Shown one piece after another: positions 26,201 to 40,100 of a stretch of DNA of 64,000 nucleotides. The stretch spans positions 20,338,001 to 20,402,000 of the forward strand of contig NC_087250.1 of assembly GCF_037042905.1 (NCBI RefSeq). The letters run 5' to 3'. The translations under genes were made by a program, and so were the position numbers. This DNA comes from Lytechinus pictus. Its lineage: Eukaryota. Under the pieces are notes generated by a model that made no database searches, was not told the origin of the DNA, and worked only from the letters and a program-made list of their open reading frames with translations. Position 1 is the first letter of the stretch. The number at the start of each line of letters is the position of its first letter.

Positions 26201-29200
26201 TAAAAGGGGAATGAAGCCTTTCGAACAAATGGGCTTGTATGGAAATAGAAAAATGAAAGAATAAGAACAAAGAAAATTTGAGAAAATTCGGACAAATAAT
26301 AAGAAAGGTATGAGCATTTGAATATTGCTGCTCTGACAATGTGACCAAGATGTGTGAACAACTGTCCCTTTGATGGACTATAAAATACCCCCAAAATGTC
26401 TGCTTTTGCTCTTATGGTGGTACAAACTCTTCACAATATATTCTTTTAAAATTTGTATTACATTATGCCATCCTATATAGAAAGAATACATGATCTACCG
26501 ATAGATGTGATAAAAGAGGAATTTTAAGTGAAATGTATACAAAAGCAATGGGAAAGTTGTTCACAATCATGTAACATCATACATCTGTGTTGCATTGCCA
26601 AAAGGAGGATCTAGTTTACAATAATGCTCTAAACTTCAAATGCTCATAACGTTCTTATTATTCATTGAAATTTTCTCAAACTTTTGTTGATAGATCTGTT
26701 TCTGTATAGTGTCATATTTATGTTTTGTCTCAGAAATTAAAGATTTTTTTGTCAAATACACTGCATATATGCTAATTCAGCGGGATTATAGTCAGCCCCA
26801 CATTATGGCATTTACACTGTAGCTATTCTGGGCCCTGTTGCATAAAAGTTGCAATTTTGGTAACTTTGCCATCCAATGGTAACTTGCATGGAATCCTTGA
26901 TTCTGATTGGCTGTTAATTAGTGTTACCATGGTAGTTACCTGACCCCATTAACATAGGGTTAGACACCACAACCAGGTAAAAAAAAAAAAAACCTCTAAA
27001 TGAAGAAGATATGGCTAAAATGTGATGAATGTACGTGAATATGATGTATGTTTATGTGCAATTTTCCAAAGGGGGGGGGGCAAATTCGTCCGCCGAAAAA
27101 TTTGACAAGCAAAAAAAAAAAAGGTCTTCAACCGCAAATAAAGTTTTTCGTACCAGAAACAAATCTGACAAGCAAAAAAAAAAGGTCTTCAAGTTCAAAG
27201 GAGCTTGTGGCACGTCAGGGATCAGTTGTGACTCGTCAGGGGGGCAGGGATACGTCCCTTGCATGGGTTGTGACTCGTCAGGGGGGCAGTCGGCCCCCTC
27301 TGCCCCCCCCCCCCCGGTAGGTAAGCTAATGTGTACATCAGCTGACAAAAGCAATCAAATTTATAATCTAATTCTAAACATCAGGAGGTCATTTCTATGA
27401 CACTATAATAGCTTATATACAGGCCTTATTATATGTCATAGTGGTCAATGCATGCTGGATATGCATGTATGCAGTGTAATACACATACAGTTCATTGTAT
27501 ACCGTATAGCCCCTATGGATTATATTTTCTTTTATTTGATAAGATATATTTCGCAAATATCTGTAAACCCCAATTAAAAGGAATAAAAGCAATTAGCTAC
27601 ATGAAGCTGCTTGCTACTGTTCAACTCGTTTCTTTTAATATCCCAGAACCACAAGACGATGAAACCTACTTTTTGGCTGAAAAAAGGGGGCTCTAAAAAT
27701 GGGTAAACTTAAGTAAAAATCACCTTTTTACTCTACAAATAATGGTTTAAAAGTATAATTTTTGGAAAAAGAAATTGCTTGCCCCCCAAAACATATGAAT
27801 AAAGACCAAAACCAGAGAAAAAAAGACCACCTAGTAAAGAACTTGTGGTCAAAAATGTGATTTGGGGGGGTTTGGGCGGCCATTATGGATTTTGGCCCGG
27901 CACACTTTTTTCTCGGACCCGAGAGAAAAAACATTGCCATTTCATGTTGAGTTAAGTTAAAACGAGCACAAAAGAACTGTTGCCATAGTAAAACAAAAAA
28001 TCGCCCACTTACAGCACACTCTTAATAAATTGTTCAATAAACCCTAATAAAGTTCAGTTTTTAAATAAGGGAAGCAAATCAATACATCCCCCGACAAAAT
28101 TTGGAGTTTATTTAAAATTTTAATATTACAATTATGTTGAATTTATTTTTATATATCTTTTAAAAAACAAAATAAAACACAGTTAAATAATTGATAAGGA
28201 TAAAATAATTGATTAAAAAATAATTAGGCTTTTTGTTTGTAAAATTTATTAAATATTATTAAAAACATTTAGTTTTTTTACAACATATACATGATTATCT
28301 TGACAAATACTTTACTACGTGATATTTCGATTGTAATACTCTTTGGAGTGAGACTCCTTTGAATATGATCGATTAAAACAATTTTTAATTTTTCGAAAAT
28401 ATACATTCGGATTTTACACGAAAAATGATTATTTCTTTCTATGCTCTGATGCCCAACTTTGGCAAAAAGAAGAAAGTGACACATCAGTCCAATTTGAGTT
28501 ATTGTTGTTTCTGAAACGCCCTTTGCACGTTGCACGTTCAGGCAAAATTTTGGGAAGAAATGATCGTTCTTATGGAAAGATACTGTCGAAAATATGCTGT
28601 TAAATTGCATTAATTTAATTTAATTTAATAACGTTTTATTTACCCAGGGTAGCCACTTCAATCATAAGACTGCTCTTCCAGCGGGCCCTGCATAACATAA
28701 TATGTTATTATTACCCTTCTCCAGTCTAAATGCTGAACGTCTATGTAAATGACGAACACACATTGCTCATTTACAACAAATTATACTTTTGTAACTTGCT
28801 TCCTTTTGCCAAAGTACGGCAGCATGCATTCGGGAGAGCGTTTCATCAAACAATATTAGTCAGTGATTCGTTCTCAGCCAATCAGAAAGAAGGATTTCAG
28901 TGACGTATAACAATCGTCAGTGATTTTCTCCCACTAAAGGCCGGAAGTTCACCCCAAAGAAAAGTTTGTTGTAAAAAAAAAACAGAAAGAAAAATAATAA
29001 AAAATACTAGTGAGGGTTTGAGGAAAATTCGTTGAAGATTAAAAAATTTATTTGAATTTAAAGTTTTGGATTTTTGACGTCATAAACGAGCAGCTGCCCC
29101 ATATTTCATGTAATATAAAATGCAAGGATTTCATTTTCAAATGGTTCCTAATAATAAAGTTTTGTTTTTTCTTTATGATCGACTGTGAATTTTTTGTCTA

Positions 29201-29471
29201 TTGATATACCAAAGCTTCTGTAAAAAACATTTCAAATTTTCTGAGAAAATTACATTTCATTCATTTTTTACCATTCGCTATGTAAGAATGCTGCTCGCAT
29301 TATGACGTCACAAATCAAATAATTAAAATTATAACACCTATATACTTCTTTGATGGATTTTTCCCAAACCTTCGGCAATACTTTTTACATATTTCATTTT
29401 TTATACTATTTTTACTATAGACTTTTTGTTAGGGTGAACTTCCCCTTAATTGGTTCTGAGCCATTCACATA

Positions 29472-29781
29472 GGCCCGTATTCTTGAAGTCGTGTTTAACT
29501 TAAACTTAGGTTTAAAGTTGTGGTTTAAGTATGGACAGCCAATTGTTACATAATCACTTACAGTAGAGATATACTTCAGCTCAATCGGCTCTCAATTCAT
29601 TCATAATTGTGTAGGAAGTATAAATAGATGATTGTCTTCACCATTGATGAATCAGGCAAGAGCACAGTAAACATATACGAAACATACAACTTAATAAAAA
29701 TGTTGATACTTTTGGCCTCCCATACTTAAATCACTACTTTAAACCTGAGTTTAAGTTAAACACGACTTCAGAATACGGGCC
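29472..29781. mobile_element. ~310-bp MITE with GGCCCGTATTCTGAAGTC TIRs
   Basis: Four copies in the window: 29472-29781 (opposite orientation), 38959-39269, 40682-40981, 43004-43312. Confidence 0.85.
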
Positions 29782-29994
29782 ATAGACTTTAGTAACTTAT
29801 AAAAGTTATCGGTCCAACACCAAAAATCCCACCACGAATATTTTTATTTAAGTTGTTAACAATTTCTAACAGTTTTTTTTTCAAGTTAATTTGGGGTAGT
29901 AGTCTTCCGTTTAACCTAAAGAAACTTGTTACAAAACAAAAATTAAAAAGTCGAGAATCGTAGGTGGAGCAAACCTAAGCCCAAGATCTAAAGT

Positions 29995-30265
29995 TAGCAC
30001 ATCATACTTTCAGTTTAAACTGCTTACTTTAGAAGATATTACAACCTACCAGCAATGTATTTTTATTTATCAGTGTATCAATTGGCTTATGCCTGTTAAT
30101 TTTTTTCAGTTGTTTGATACAAATCAGATTCTATATAAATACAATACACACTCCTCTTCATTAATTAATTTGCCAAAACACAGGACGTGTTCTTATCAAC
30201 ATAATATTCGTTTTATAGGTCCGAAAAAGTGGAACAATTTACATACAGACTTCATTCATGAAATG
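29995..30265 (+). mobile_element. LINE (L2/CR1-like) ORF2 C-terminal fragment
   Basis: Translates to LKLLTLEDI...CIFIYQ...YNT...L.LPK.RT...IRFIGPKKWNNL, a typical post-RT C-terminal motif set. Confidence 0.7.
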
Positions 30266-30974
30266 ATTTGACTCATTACCAGATTGTGTCCCCTTTTTTC
30301 AGAAAGAATGTGCAAATGAGGTCTTTAATTACCTGATATTTGGTGATTAGGCCTAGTCTGAGTTTGTATAGATCCAAAACAAATTTCCCGAAATTCGTAG
30401 ACGTTTCCTGGAATTTTCAAAGAATGATTTTTAACAAAAATCGGTGAATAATATATCGAGCCTAAATTTATTCCAAGTTACCAAAATCAAGGAATTTAAT
30501 ATTTCTTTTCAAAGGAACAAAATTAAGAAATGCGAGCACGGAGCGTGAGCCGAAAATTCTGAGCTACCTGGTAGGATTGCACAGTCTTCTCAATGTATAT
30601 TGTAAAAGGATAAGTTAATGAATATCAAGTACAAGCAATCGATCACAAAAGTTTCAGCAGCCAATCACAATATTGGGAGGGATTTGTAATCGATTATAAG
30701 GAGCTATTATGTGTCAGAATATTACAAATATTTTCTTTTTTAATTGTCTTCGTCACATATATCACTTTCTAACTTGTTCGTACCAGGTAAAAAAAAAAGG
30801 CAGATATGAATAATCATCATCACCACCATCGATCATCATCACATCATCCTCGACCTTCCTCCTCCTCATCATTATCCTCATCATCATCATGCATCAACAA
30901 CAACATCATCCTATATCGAGAAGAAAAAGAGAGTCATTACAATATATTATAAGGTCTTTGGTCATTATATTACT

Positions 30975-31078
30975 ATGCACGTGTACGCGCGCAGTGGGTA
31001 CGAGCGAGCCTGTGGAGCTGAGCGCGGCGCGCGGCTGAGCGAGCGCGATATGCGAGCTCGCGCTATCGCTAGCAAGAA
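30975..31078 (+). promoter_or_regulatory. CpG-rich promoter/5' UTR of the MULE-derived gene
   Basis: Dense CG/GCGC stretch with a CACGTG E-box in otherwise AT-rich DNA, directly before the ATG at 31079. Confidence 0.5.
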
Positions 31079-31126
31079 ATGGCTGAAGCAGTGGTGATGA
31101 AAACCGCGTCCGAAACGGAGTCGGAG
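31079..31126 (+). CDS. MULE-derived gene, candidate first coding exon 1a (MAEAVVMKTASETESE)
   Basis: AAGAAATGGCT start in a CpG-rich stretch; GAG|GTAATT donor, phase 0, matches the acceptor at 40202. Confidence 0.6.
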
Positions 31127-34100
31127 GTAATTTTTGAATGTGATGTCCTTGATGACCATGAAAAACTCTTAAGGGTGAGATATTAGAAGCTAAGCATAAC
31201 GAGGACAAATATGAATTTTGCGTTTGAACTTAAGAGCATGTTCAAAGTGATGAACTTCGGAAGTTCATTTTCATGAGCTGAGAGTGAGACTGAGAGGCCT
31301 GAGTTGATGCCAGGCAGGGGCAGGGTAGGGTCAGGGAGCTCGGGCCCGCGTCGCTGGCGCGGGTAGCCAGTAGTAGGGTATCTGGAGAAAAAAATTATTT
31401 TTCTTATTTCAACTTCAAGAAAATATCACATTTTCTTTGTGAATATGAAGAGAAATGGGAAAGAGTTCCATATGCACCCCCCACCAAAAATAACAAAAGT
31501 TTGTTGAGACTTCCGGTTCTTTCACTTCAGAATCAGATTTTTCTATCATTTTTTTACTGTTGCTTACCTTAAGTTCTTAACGTCCATGCGCAGTGAGTCG
31601 CCATCGGCAGTCTTCAACCTTCAATTTTGCAACCAAAAAAAAAAAAATTACCCAAAAAGGCCAAATCTTTGGATGAGATGAAAGTATCCACAAATCCTTT
31701 GAAATATATGATAAACTTTTCTCCTGAAATTGCTACAGTTTTTAGTAAAAACATCATGAATTACACACTTCCGGAACGGCGACACAATGATGGGTATATT
31801 TTGAGTCGCCGATTCGAAAAATCCAATACATTTACTACACAGACATATCGCGCATGCGCACACACACGCACCGATCGTACACAAAAGTGCATTGACTCAG
31901 CTGCGTTGTTGAAACCTCTCCGTGGGTTAAGATATACGTTGAGTCGCCAACCCCTCTTATTTTGATAACAATTGTCACCCCCACCTTCAAAATGAAATGA
32001 TCGTGAGCATATTTTTATAATCTATATTTTGATACCAAATATTGGTAACTTGATCGGGCAGTTTTGGAAACATCGATTGCTTAGTGTACGTGTGGGCGTC
32101 TCAAATCGTCGCCCGAGAAAAATGGCAGCTTAAATTCGCACCGTACGGACCAAGTTTGCAAGTCTGACTTTGACTGCGCTTAACTCCTTTGTCTTTTGCT
32201 GGATCTTTTAACCAAACGTTGCAGCATTTCAGGGAATTACTGAGGATTAATATCAGATGCCACAAGACACTTTTCAACATTGCAAAAGATTTCTAGAACC
32301 ATTGTAGTCAAGCAGTGACAGGTGAGTGGCGCAACAGTAAAAAAATTGCACATGGCGACTCACTGCGCATGGACGTTACTTAGTTGGGACTCGAACTCAC
32401 CTCGTTTGATCTGCAGTCAAGACCTTTCCCGCTATGCTAGCGAGAAGCGCTGATACCGGAAAGGGTATTTTTACGATTATCAGCAGATAGTTCAGCTAGT
32501 CTTGACTCGCAGACCCTTTACTGACTAAATAAACCTATGTCTATGGACAATAAGCCAGTTCACGGTTAGCTCATGATCAACTTTTCTCCAATGACCTTTG
32601 TGATTTTTCATTAGGATAAGCACTATCATTTTCAAATGTAGATGTTGCGTAAGCTTTACCGGTAGAGTATTCAAATTCTAAGAACAAATGGCATTGTATA
32701 GACCAGGTGACTAGAATAGTACATCAAAGATAAAGTTTAGAAATCTGTTTTATTGTCTGCCTTTGGCACATTTGAATATTGTTTAGGCTACTGTCAAATA
32801 CCAGTGATTATGAAGGCTCTATTTATTACCCTTCAGCTTGGATGTGACAAATATTTTGAAAGGAATACATGAATAATCATCAAATCACAAATGCCTATGT
32901 CAGTGAATTTGAAAGTCACCTTCATGGCTGTCTCCAATGACCTTTTTCTGCTCGTGCGCAGTTTACAACCGTGAACAGGCTTATTACACGCACAAGATCT
33001 CGCTCGAAATTTGACGGAATAAAGCCATATTTTGGTATATATTTCCACTTCCCCATCATGTATGTTCGATATTAGGGCTAGATATATTAATTCTGAACCT
33101 TCTCCATGTTTTTATTTTCAATTTTAGTGGGGGGTGCATATGGAACTCTTACCGAGAAATGACCTACAGACTGACAGAAATGTAACATTTTTGAAAAAAA
33201 ATCCAATTATTGGCCAATTATTGGCTGCAAAAAAGAAGAATGAAATTAGGTTAATTTTCAGCATTTCTCTGCCATAGACTGTGTAGTTAAGAAATGGACA
33301 CACACAAATCCAAATTTTTAGCTTCCGAGAGCTGTTATGAATTTATTATTAATGCCAAAAACTTGTCCATAAAGAGTCCAATAGGATTTTTTATGCTCTA
33401 TCTGATGGTATGATTTTTATAAAGATTTGGAAACCAGATCACAATGAAAAATTGCGACAAAGTGAAAAAAATTGTGCAAAACAGAAATTTCATTTTCCCA
33501 TAGAAAACGCATGGAGAAATGGCAATCTCAACACACACAAAAATAAGGGTTTGCAATTTATCTCTAAATCCTTATTTAAAATGATCATATAAACTTGTCC
33601 TTACTGTCAAAAGAAGCCCCTGAATTTTCTCTTTCAATATATGCCAAACACAAGTTAATAATCAATGCAGATCACATTTTTCTAGTAGCCTGAACTTCCC
33701 CGAAAAAAATGTGCCATATTTTTCCCTAAATCAGCCTGTTTTATGCTGACACTTTTCGGTGTGGCTTCAGACACCCTACCAGTAGTCTTGAGGATGCAAT
33801 GATGATGACTTTTAAAATAATGATATATACTTCTTCATCATTGACGTCTTGACACTCTTCCAGTAGGCGCAGAAGAGAAGCACCAAAACAAAGATGGATT
33901 TCCCTAGGATATCCATCTCTTAAGACATAAATGAATTCAAGTTTATGAATTTTATTGATTTCTACGCCTAAATGCGTAAGAAGGTTTTAAAAATTCTCAC
34001 TAGAAAAGTATAAAAAATTAAGGTTTCTTACCAGACTGATGTCGCGTAGACCCCTCGATCCACATGTAAACAACGCAAATACAATGGCGACGACCCTTGA

Positions 34101-37100
34101 ACCGCTTATGTATTACGTACCATTACGTACTTCCGATACGCAATGCCGTTTTGAATAACAATTTATAGATAAAAAGTATTATTTTACAAATATTAAAATT
34201 TTTTACGTAATAAAAAGTTGACATAATATTGCTAATTATTTATAATCACGTAAAATAATTTAATATTTGTAAAATAATATAATATGGACTGAAGTTAGCA
34301 ACCAAATCATGCGAACATGTGGCGAACAAACTGCCAGCATGCTGCAGGCGAATCTTTTGGTCGCATAACTTCAGTCTATATCAACATTACGGCGCACGGC
34401 GAATCCAAGCGATAGATCAGCGAAGTGATGTCTGAGGATTCGAACAACGACATCGAGATCAAAGCTGAAATACAGCCGTTCCCGATCGCGATATTTGGAA
34501 AAAAGGTGGGTATATTGACCTCGAAATGTGACTGAGAGACTTGTCATGACATTTGGGAACAAGTATTGGTGACGAGGTAAGCTGGTAATCGGCCGGTGCG
34601 AAACTGCATTAGCGCCGCGACTTTTACGACTGGTGATCATTTCTTCTGGTTGGCGATGGTTTTGCGCCTAAAATAGGTTCACCCCGGGGGGGCCACTTAC
34701 ATTGACGAGTGGATACAATGCACGACCAAAAAGACACGTAAAAAGGATGTCTTTTTCAAGATGGGGCACGTTATCTACGTAACGTAATAAGGGTGTCAAA
34801 AACACTGAAATAATGAAAAAAGGGTATCTATTTCGCTAGGAAAGCTACTTGTTTAGGGTCAAATTTGCGAGGGTATAAAAAATCGAGACTAATAAAGGAT
34901 GTACTTTTTGCCCCAGGAGTCAACTCTACGACTACGTGTTTAGAGTACGATTTGCGCGAGGTGTGGGAGGTGGGGCTGTACTAAACCCAATGATGTACCG
35001 TAAGGTCACTAGTATTCAACCCGTTTGGAGAGTTTCCTCAAATATATAGAAATATAGAATTTACCTGAATTTCAGACCCGTCTTATTTCCAAGAGCAAAT
35101 GCTGGTTATTCTTTTTCCGTTATTTTTTTCTTCAACCAGTTGACTGATAGGGACAGTGATTTTCCGTTTAAAAAAATTGCCTTTTCCGTTTCAGAAAATC
35201 TCAAATTCCGTTTCAGCATGTCAGAAAACGGAAATTCCGTTTCCCCATAGACTTTGTACACACGGAAAAGTGACAATTCCGTTTACACATTGAATAGCAA
35301 AATCACAACACGCATACTCGCACTGGTCAAAATTTGTATCTGCTACTGTACCAACAACACAATAAAATCCGTTCTAATCGGATCTATGCGGGTGCATAAC
35401 ATATTTTTACACACCCATTTTGCATGCATACATCCTCACCTTTCATATTATTAGCATTATTTCACGGTGAAATGATATTTCATCGATAATTTTGGGGTTT
35501 TTTGGACATCGTTATCATCAGTCAACGGCTATTGCCAATCCGCCATCTTGGATTTTAAGACCACGATATCGTGCTGTTACATCTTCAAACGTAGAGGGCA
35601 GCAACACACGACCGTGTAAGGAGTTGAACGATATGTGTGCATGTGAAGCCCAACACCCGGCTGGCTGGGTACGGGTACGGCGTACGGTGCGGGGTACAAT
35701 CGAGTGTGCTGATGTCAAGTGCAGTCACGATGTGTGAATGTGTGATAGTAGCGAAGTGAGATTGTGTTTTCTGGGTTTTTTGGGCCATTTAATATTCTCA
35801 TTTTGTTGTGATTTTGGAGTAATTTCTGTTGCTATTCTGTGTATTTTGAGGGAAAATACGTTTTCCGTGATTTTCCGTTTGAAATGCCACTTTCCGTTTC
35901 AAAAGGCCCTTTCCGTGAATTCCGTCCGTTTTCCGCGATCGCGGAAAATCACTGTCCCTAGACTGAGTGCGCGGGCGATCGAATTATACGGCGACTGATT
36001 TTGGTACTAGTATTCAACCCGTCGGCACTAGTATTCAACCTAGCGATGAAAGATGGCCCTGTCTCTCAATCTGCCCTTGTCCCATCCGACTATGGACTAG
36101 ACCATTTGAGATGAGACCAAACAGGGAATTAATCAAAGCCAGAGACTTACATAGATCTAGATCTAATTTAGCAATCTAAACCCTTTTGAGATTTGCTATC
36201 AATCCTCACTAGGTTGAATACTAGTACCATTCAGTGCAAAAGGCCATCGCCGCATAATTCGATCCTCCGCGCATATAGTCGACAGATTGACAAAGAAAAT
36301 ATCGACAACAGATTACCCTGGAAATAACAAAGGTATGAAATTAAGATAAATTCCCTATTTCTAAATATTTTGGGGAATATGTCAAAATCTTTGAATTATG
36401 CCAGGTTGAATACTAGTACCCATACAGTAGGTAAAGGTAAAACCGACGTCCGCGACATAACATTGAAATATCGCTGTACTTGTTTAGGGGTTCAAATCAG
36501 GGAATACTTGCCTATAGTATCATTTTGTTTCCAATACTTGTTAAGGGTAGGGTTTCACACGCCAATACTTGTTAAGGGGTGCATTTTCAGAATAAGGAAA
36601 ATACGTGTTTAGGGTGCTTTTTGAGATCTCATGGTCGCGCATGGTATCCACTCGTGAATGGAAGTGGCCCCCCCGGGGGTTCACCAGTCGTTCTTAGAGC
36701 TAGAGTCACTCTTAACTTACAGACAGCTTAATGAAACGGCATGCACCCTGGAGCCTCTAACGTTAGACTAGAGAGTAATTCATTTTATAGCGTATGCTTA
36801 CTCTCCACGAAGCCAGGGATTATTCTATTGCATTCATCTACACATATTCGCCAAAAAATCTCAAACTTTCGCCCCTGAGATTTCTTCTTTCCTACTAAAA
36901 GATCTAGCCCTACATCCTGTAAATGGGATACAACTTCATTTCGGACATTTCTACGCTATCGATTTCATGTTTAAACAAGAATTAATCAAAAAAATATCAT
37001 GAAAAGACGGGAGAGACTCCCCCAATGTTTACGCCGCCATCTTGTTTCCTATTTTTCTTCCCCAACGTTACTGACGCGTGCGTCCGTAACTGCTAATGTC

Positions 37101-40100
37101 GAGCCCTACTTATTATATTCAGTTAAAATTCTTATCTGTTGTGATAATACCGATGACGGATACAAACCAAATATTTGTACAGCCTTCGATCGCAGGTTTG
37201 GTGAAATTAATTATGATCCCGTCAGTGACGCGAATGCGACGATTTTCCTTCAGGGCCGGGGTCTGCCCCTCTGGAAAATCGTGTTCCATGGTGTCACTTG
37301 GGGAACCATATTTATAACCATCTCCTCTGGCACCTGGCTGCTGTACATATTTGTTCTATGCACTGTAGCTTGTTTCCTTCAAATTGGTCCGAACCCGGCT
37401 CGTAAATCTTATCAGAATAAGAACTCAACCCGGAAAGGCTCGGCATCCCGGACCAGCTAAAATTAATTCATGTCCATGCAAAAATGCAATGTTTTGACCT
37501 ACTTGACTCTTATTTGTGACCGACATCACCTGGCCTTGTTCTCAAAAGACGATACAAACCCCCAAAATATTTCATTCACTGTTTATATTATCCAGTAGTA
37601 ATGCAGAGAGAGGATTGAGATCCAACTAGGCCAACTCACAATCCCTCACATGCTTATCATCAGTGCAGCTAGCGGTCAACAGAACGAGTCTGTGCACCAC
37701 TAGTGATTATGTGCTTTGCTTTTTGTGTGATGTCTGAAATCGAGAGGCAGATTACAAACCACATCGTTTATTATGTTATCATTCTCTTGACCCAATTTTC
37801 AAGCAGGCTCTCACAGAGATCGTTTCTGTCTACCATACATAAAGGTTTTTTTTTGGGGGGGTGGAGGTGGCAGAAAGAGTTAATTTCAATCGCCATATTT
37901 GCTTTGAAGCCATAGAATATTTTACTCAAACTATTTTTTGTGCATGATTTATTTTTATCTGTCTTATTCTAGCTTTCAGCTACCGGTAATAATATTTTTT
38001 GTGTGATAGGCCTATTGATCAAGAAGAATAATCCGAAAAAAAACTTACTCTCTTAGAAAAAGGTGTTTTCCCCTTTAAGTAGAAAAAATGAATTAAAATA
38101 TATTTTTTATTTCATATTAAAATTTGACAATCAAAGTATCGGACCGATATCATCCTACCTCCATATCATCCATTTAGTCATCTGGGCAATTCCATAGGTT
38201 GGTGGACATGAGCTTAAAAATTCAAATTCAATATATAATGTAGCCCATCTGACCTACATTTTAATTGTGTTTGCCTTACTTAAATACTTATTGCTGGTTC
38301 TTTAATTGATGTTGATTGCTTGAGGCAAGAAATGGAATGCATTTGTTTTACATTTTTTGATTAACACAGCCCAAGCCAGATCTCGTACAGTTTAGTGAAT
38401 ACATTACCAACATACTGACCACTAAGTAAAAAGAGAGGAGAAAACTTATTCAGAATGTTACCTTTAAACATAAACTGGTGTCTGGAATCCTACTCATATT
38501 ATTACAGAAACAGAAACATGAATCTTACACACATTATTGAAATTTTTAGTGACATTTATGTTGTTGACCATACATGGACAAAATGTAATGTGAGTAACCA
38601 TAATGTGAGTAACCACTTTATCTGCACCCCTAGTAAAAACCATGTGTTCTTTATTTTTTTAATTATATACAAAGTTTGTCTCCCTAATATACTTCTTTGA
38701 AATGGATATCATATAAGCAACTTTCATAAAAGCCTTGTTTGAGGACACTTTTCACTTATGTCGACTTTTCATTTTATGCATGTCCAAATCATGTAACATG
38801 AGTAACCGACACATTTCAAAGACTTCCCAGGAGCATAATAAAATTTCCCAAGTTTTGTTTTTATACAAAGGATAGTCAGACTGCGTTCTTTGTTGTGATA
38901 AAGAGATTTTTAGTTCCTATCAATAATAATGGACTTACAGCTTTAAGTATGAGTCAAGGGCCCGTATTCTGATGTCAGGTTTAACTTAGACTCAGGTTTA
39001 AAGTTGTGGTTTACAGTATGGGAAGCCAAAAGTATCAATTTTTTATTAAGTTGTACGTTTCTTATGTTTACTGTGCTCTTTCCTGATTCATCGATGGTGA
39101 AGACAATCATCTATATATACTTCCTAGACAATTATGAATGATTTGAGAGCCAAATGAGCTGAAGTATGATATCTCTACTGTTAGTGATTTATGTAACAAT
39201 TGGCTGTCCATACTTAAACCACAACTTTAAACCTGAGTTTAAGTTAAACACGACTTCAGAATACGGGCCAAGGTGTCTCCAAATGTAACGTGGGTAACCG
39301 TGGAATAGCCCATCTCATCTCTTCATCTCACACATTTTTTTTTGCTCTTGCCCCCCCCCCTTCTCTCTTTCTCTCTCCCTCTAACTGCATCCTCCTCTTG
39401 ATCATCCGTCCCAGTCCACCCTCTTCGATGTCTCCTTTAATTGGGAATTAAAATGTTTTGCACCCAGCTGAGCTATTATTTTCGGATCACCGACTTTGTG
39501 GAATATGTCAACACTAAGGTTTTTTTTTTTTTTTTGGGGGGGGGGACTTCTATGGTTAGCAGAAAAAATATAATATAAAAGATATCTCAATAAACCCGGA
39601 CAGATTATTTTATAAAAAAGAGAAAAATATTCTGCATGTCATCACAGTCGTATCAAAAGGAAAACTTCTTGATTTATGACCATGCCTAATGGACCGACTG
39701 GCCTTTACCTGTAAACAATATGGAATTCTCACCCAGTGAAACCATTACTCTCAGCCAATCACATGACCAGTCACATGATATCACATGCGCAGCTGCACTG
39801 TATGCATGTGCGGCCTGAGCCGGCTAACTATAGGTTATCTCGTCTTGATCTCTCACACACAAGGCCATGACTCGGGAGGTCCGATCATATACATCAACCA
39901 AAATCAATATGGGGAAAGAATGAAAATAAGGTAGGGATGCTTGACCTTTGACCTGTCCCCTCGACCATCACACTACTGGTGGATGGATTGCTTGTTAAAA
40001 ACAGTTTCATGACTTATATCGCGGTGAAAAATGACACCTCAAATATTATCAAAGGCCATCCGGGTTTATTACCGAGTTGGATTCAAAGTGAAGCCCGACC

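Noticed and set aside
36999..37460. 153-aa ORF as a gene or coding first exon
   Set aside because: No recognisable domain, and no ATG-initiated frame gives a phase-0 donor compatible with 40202.
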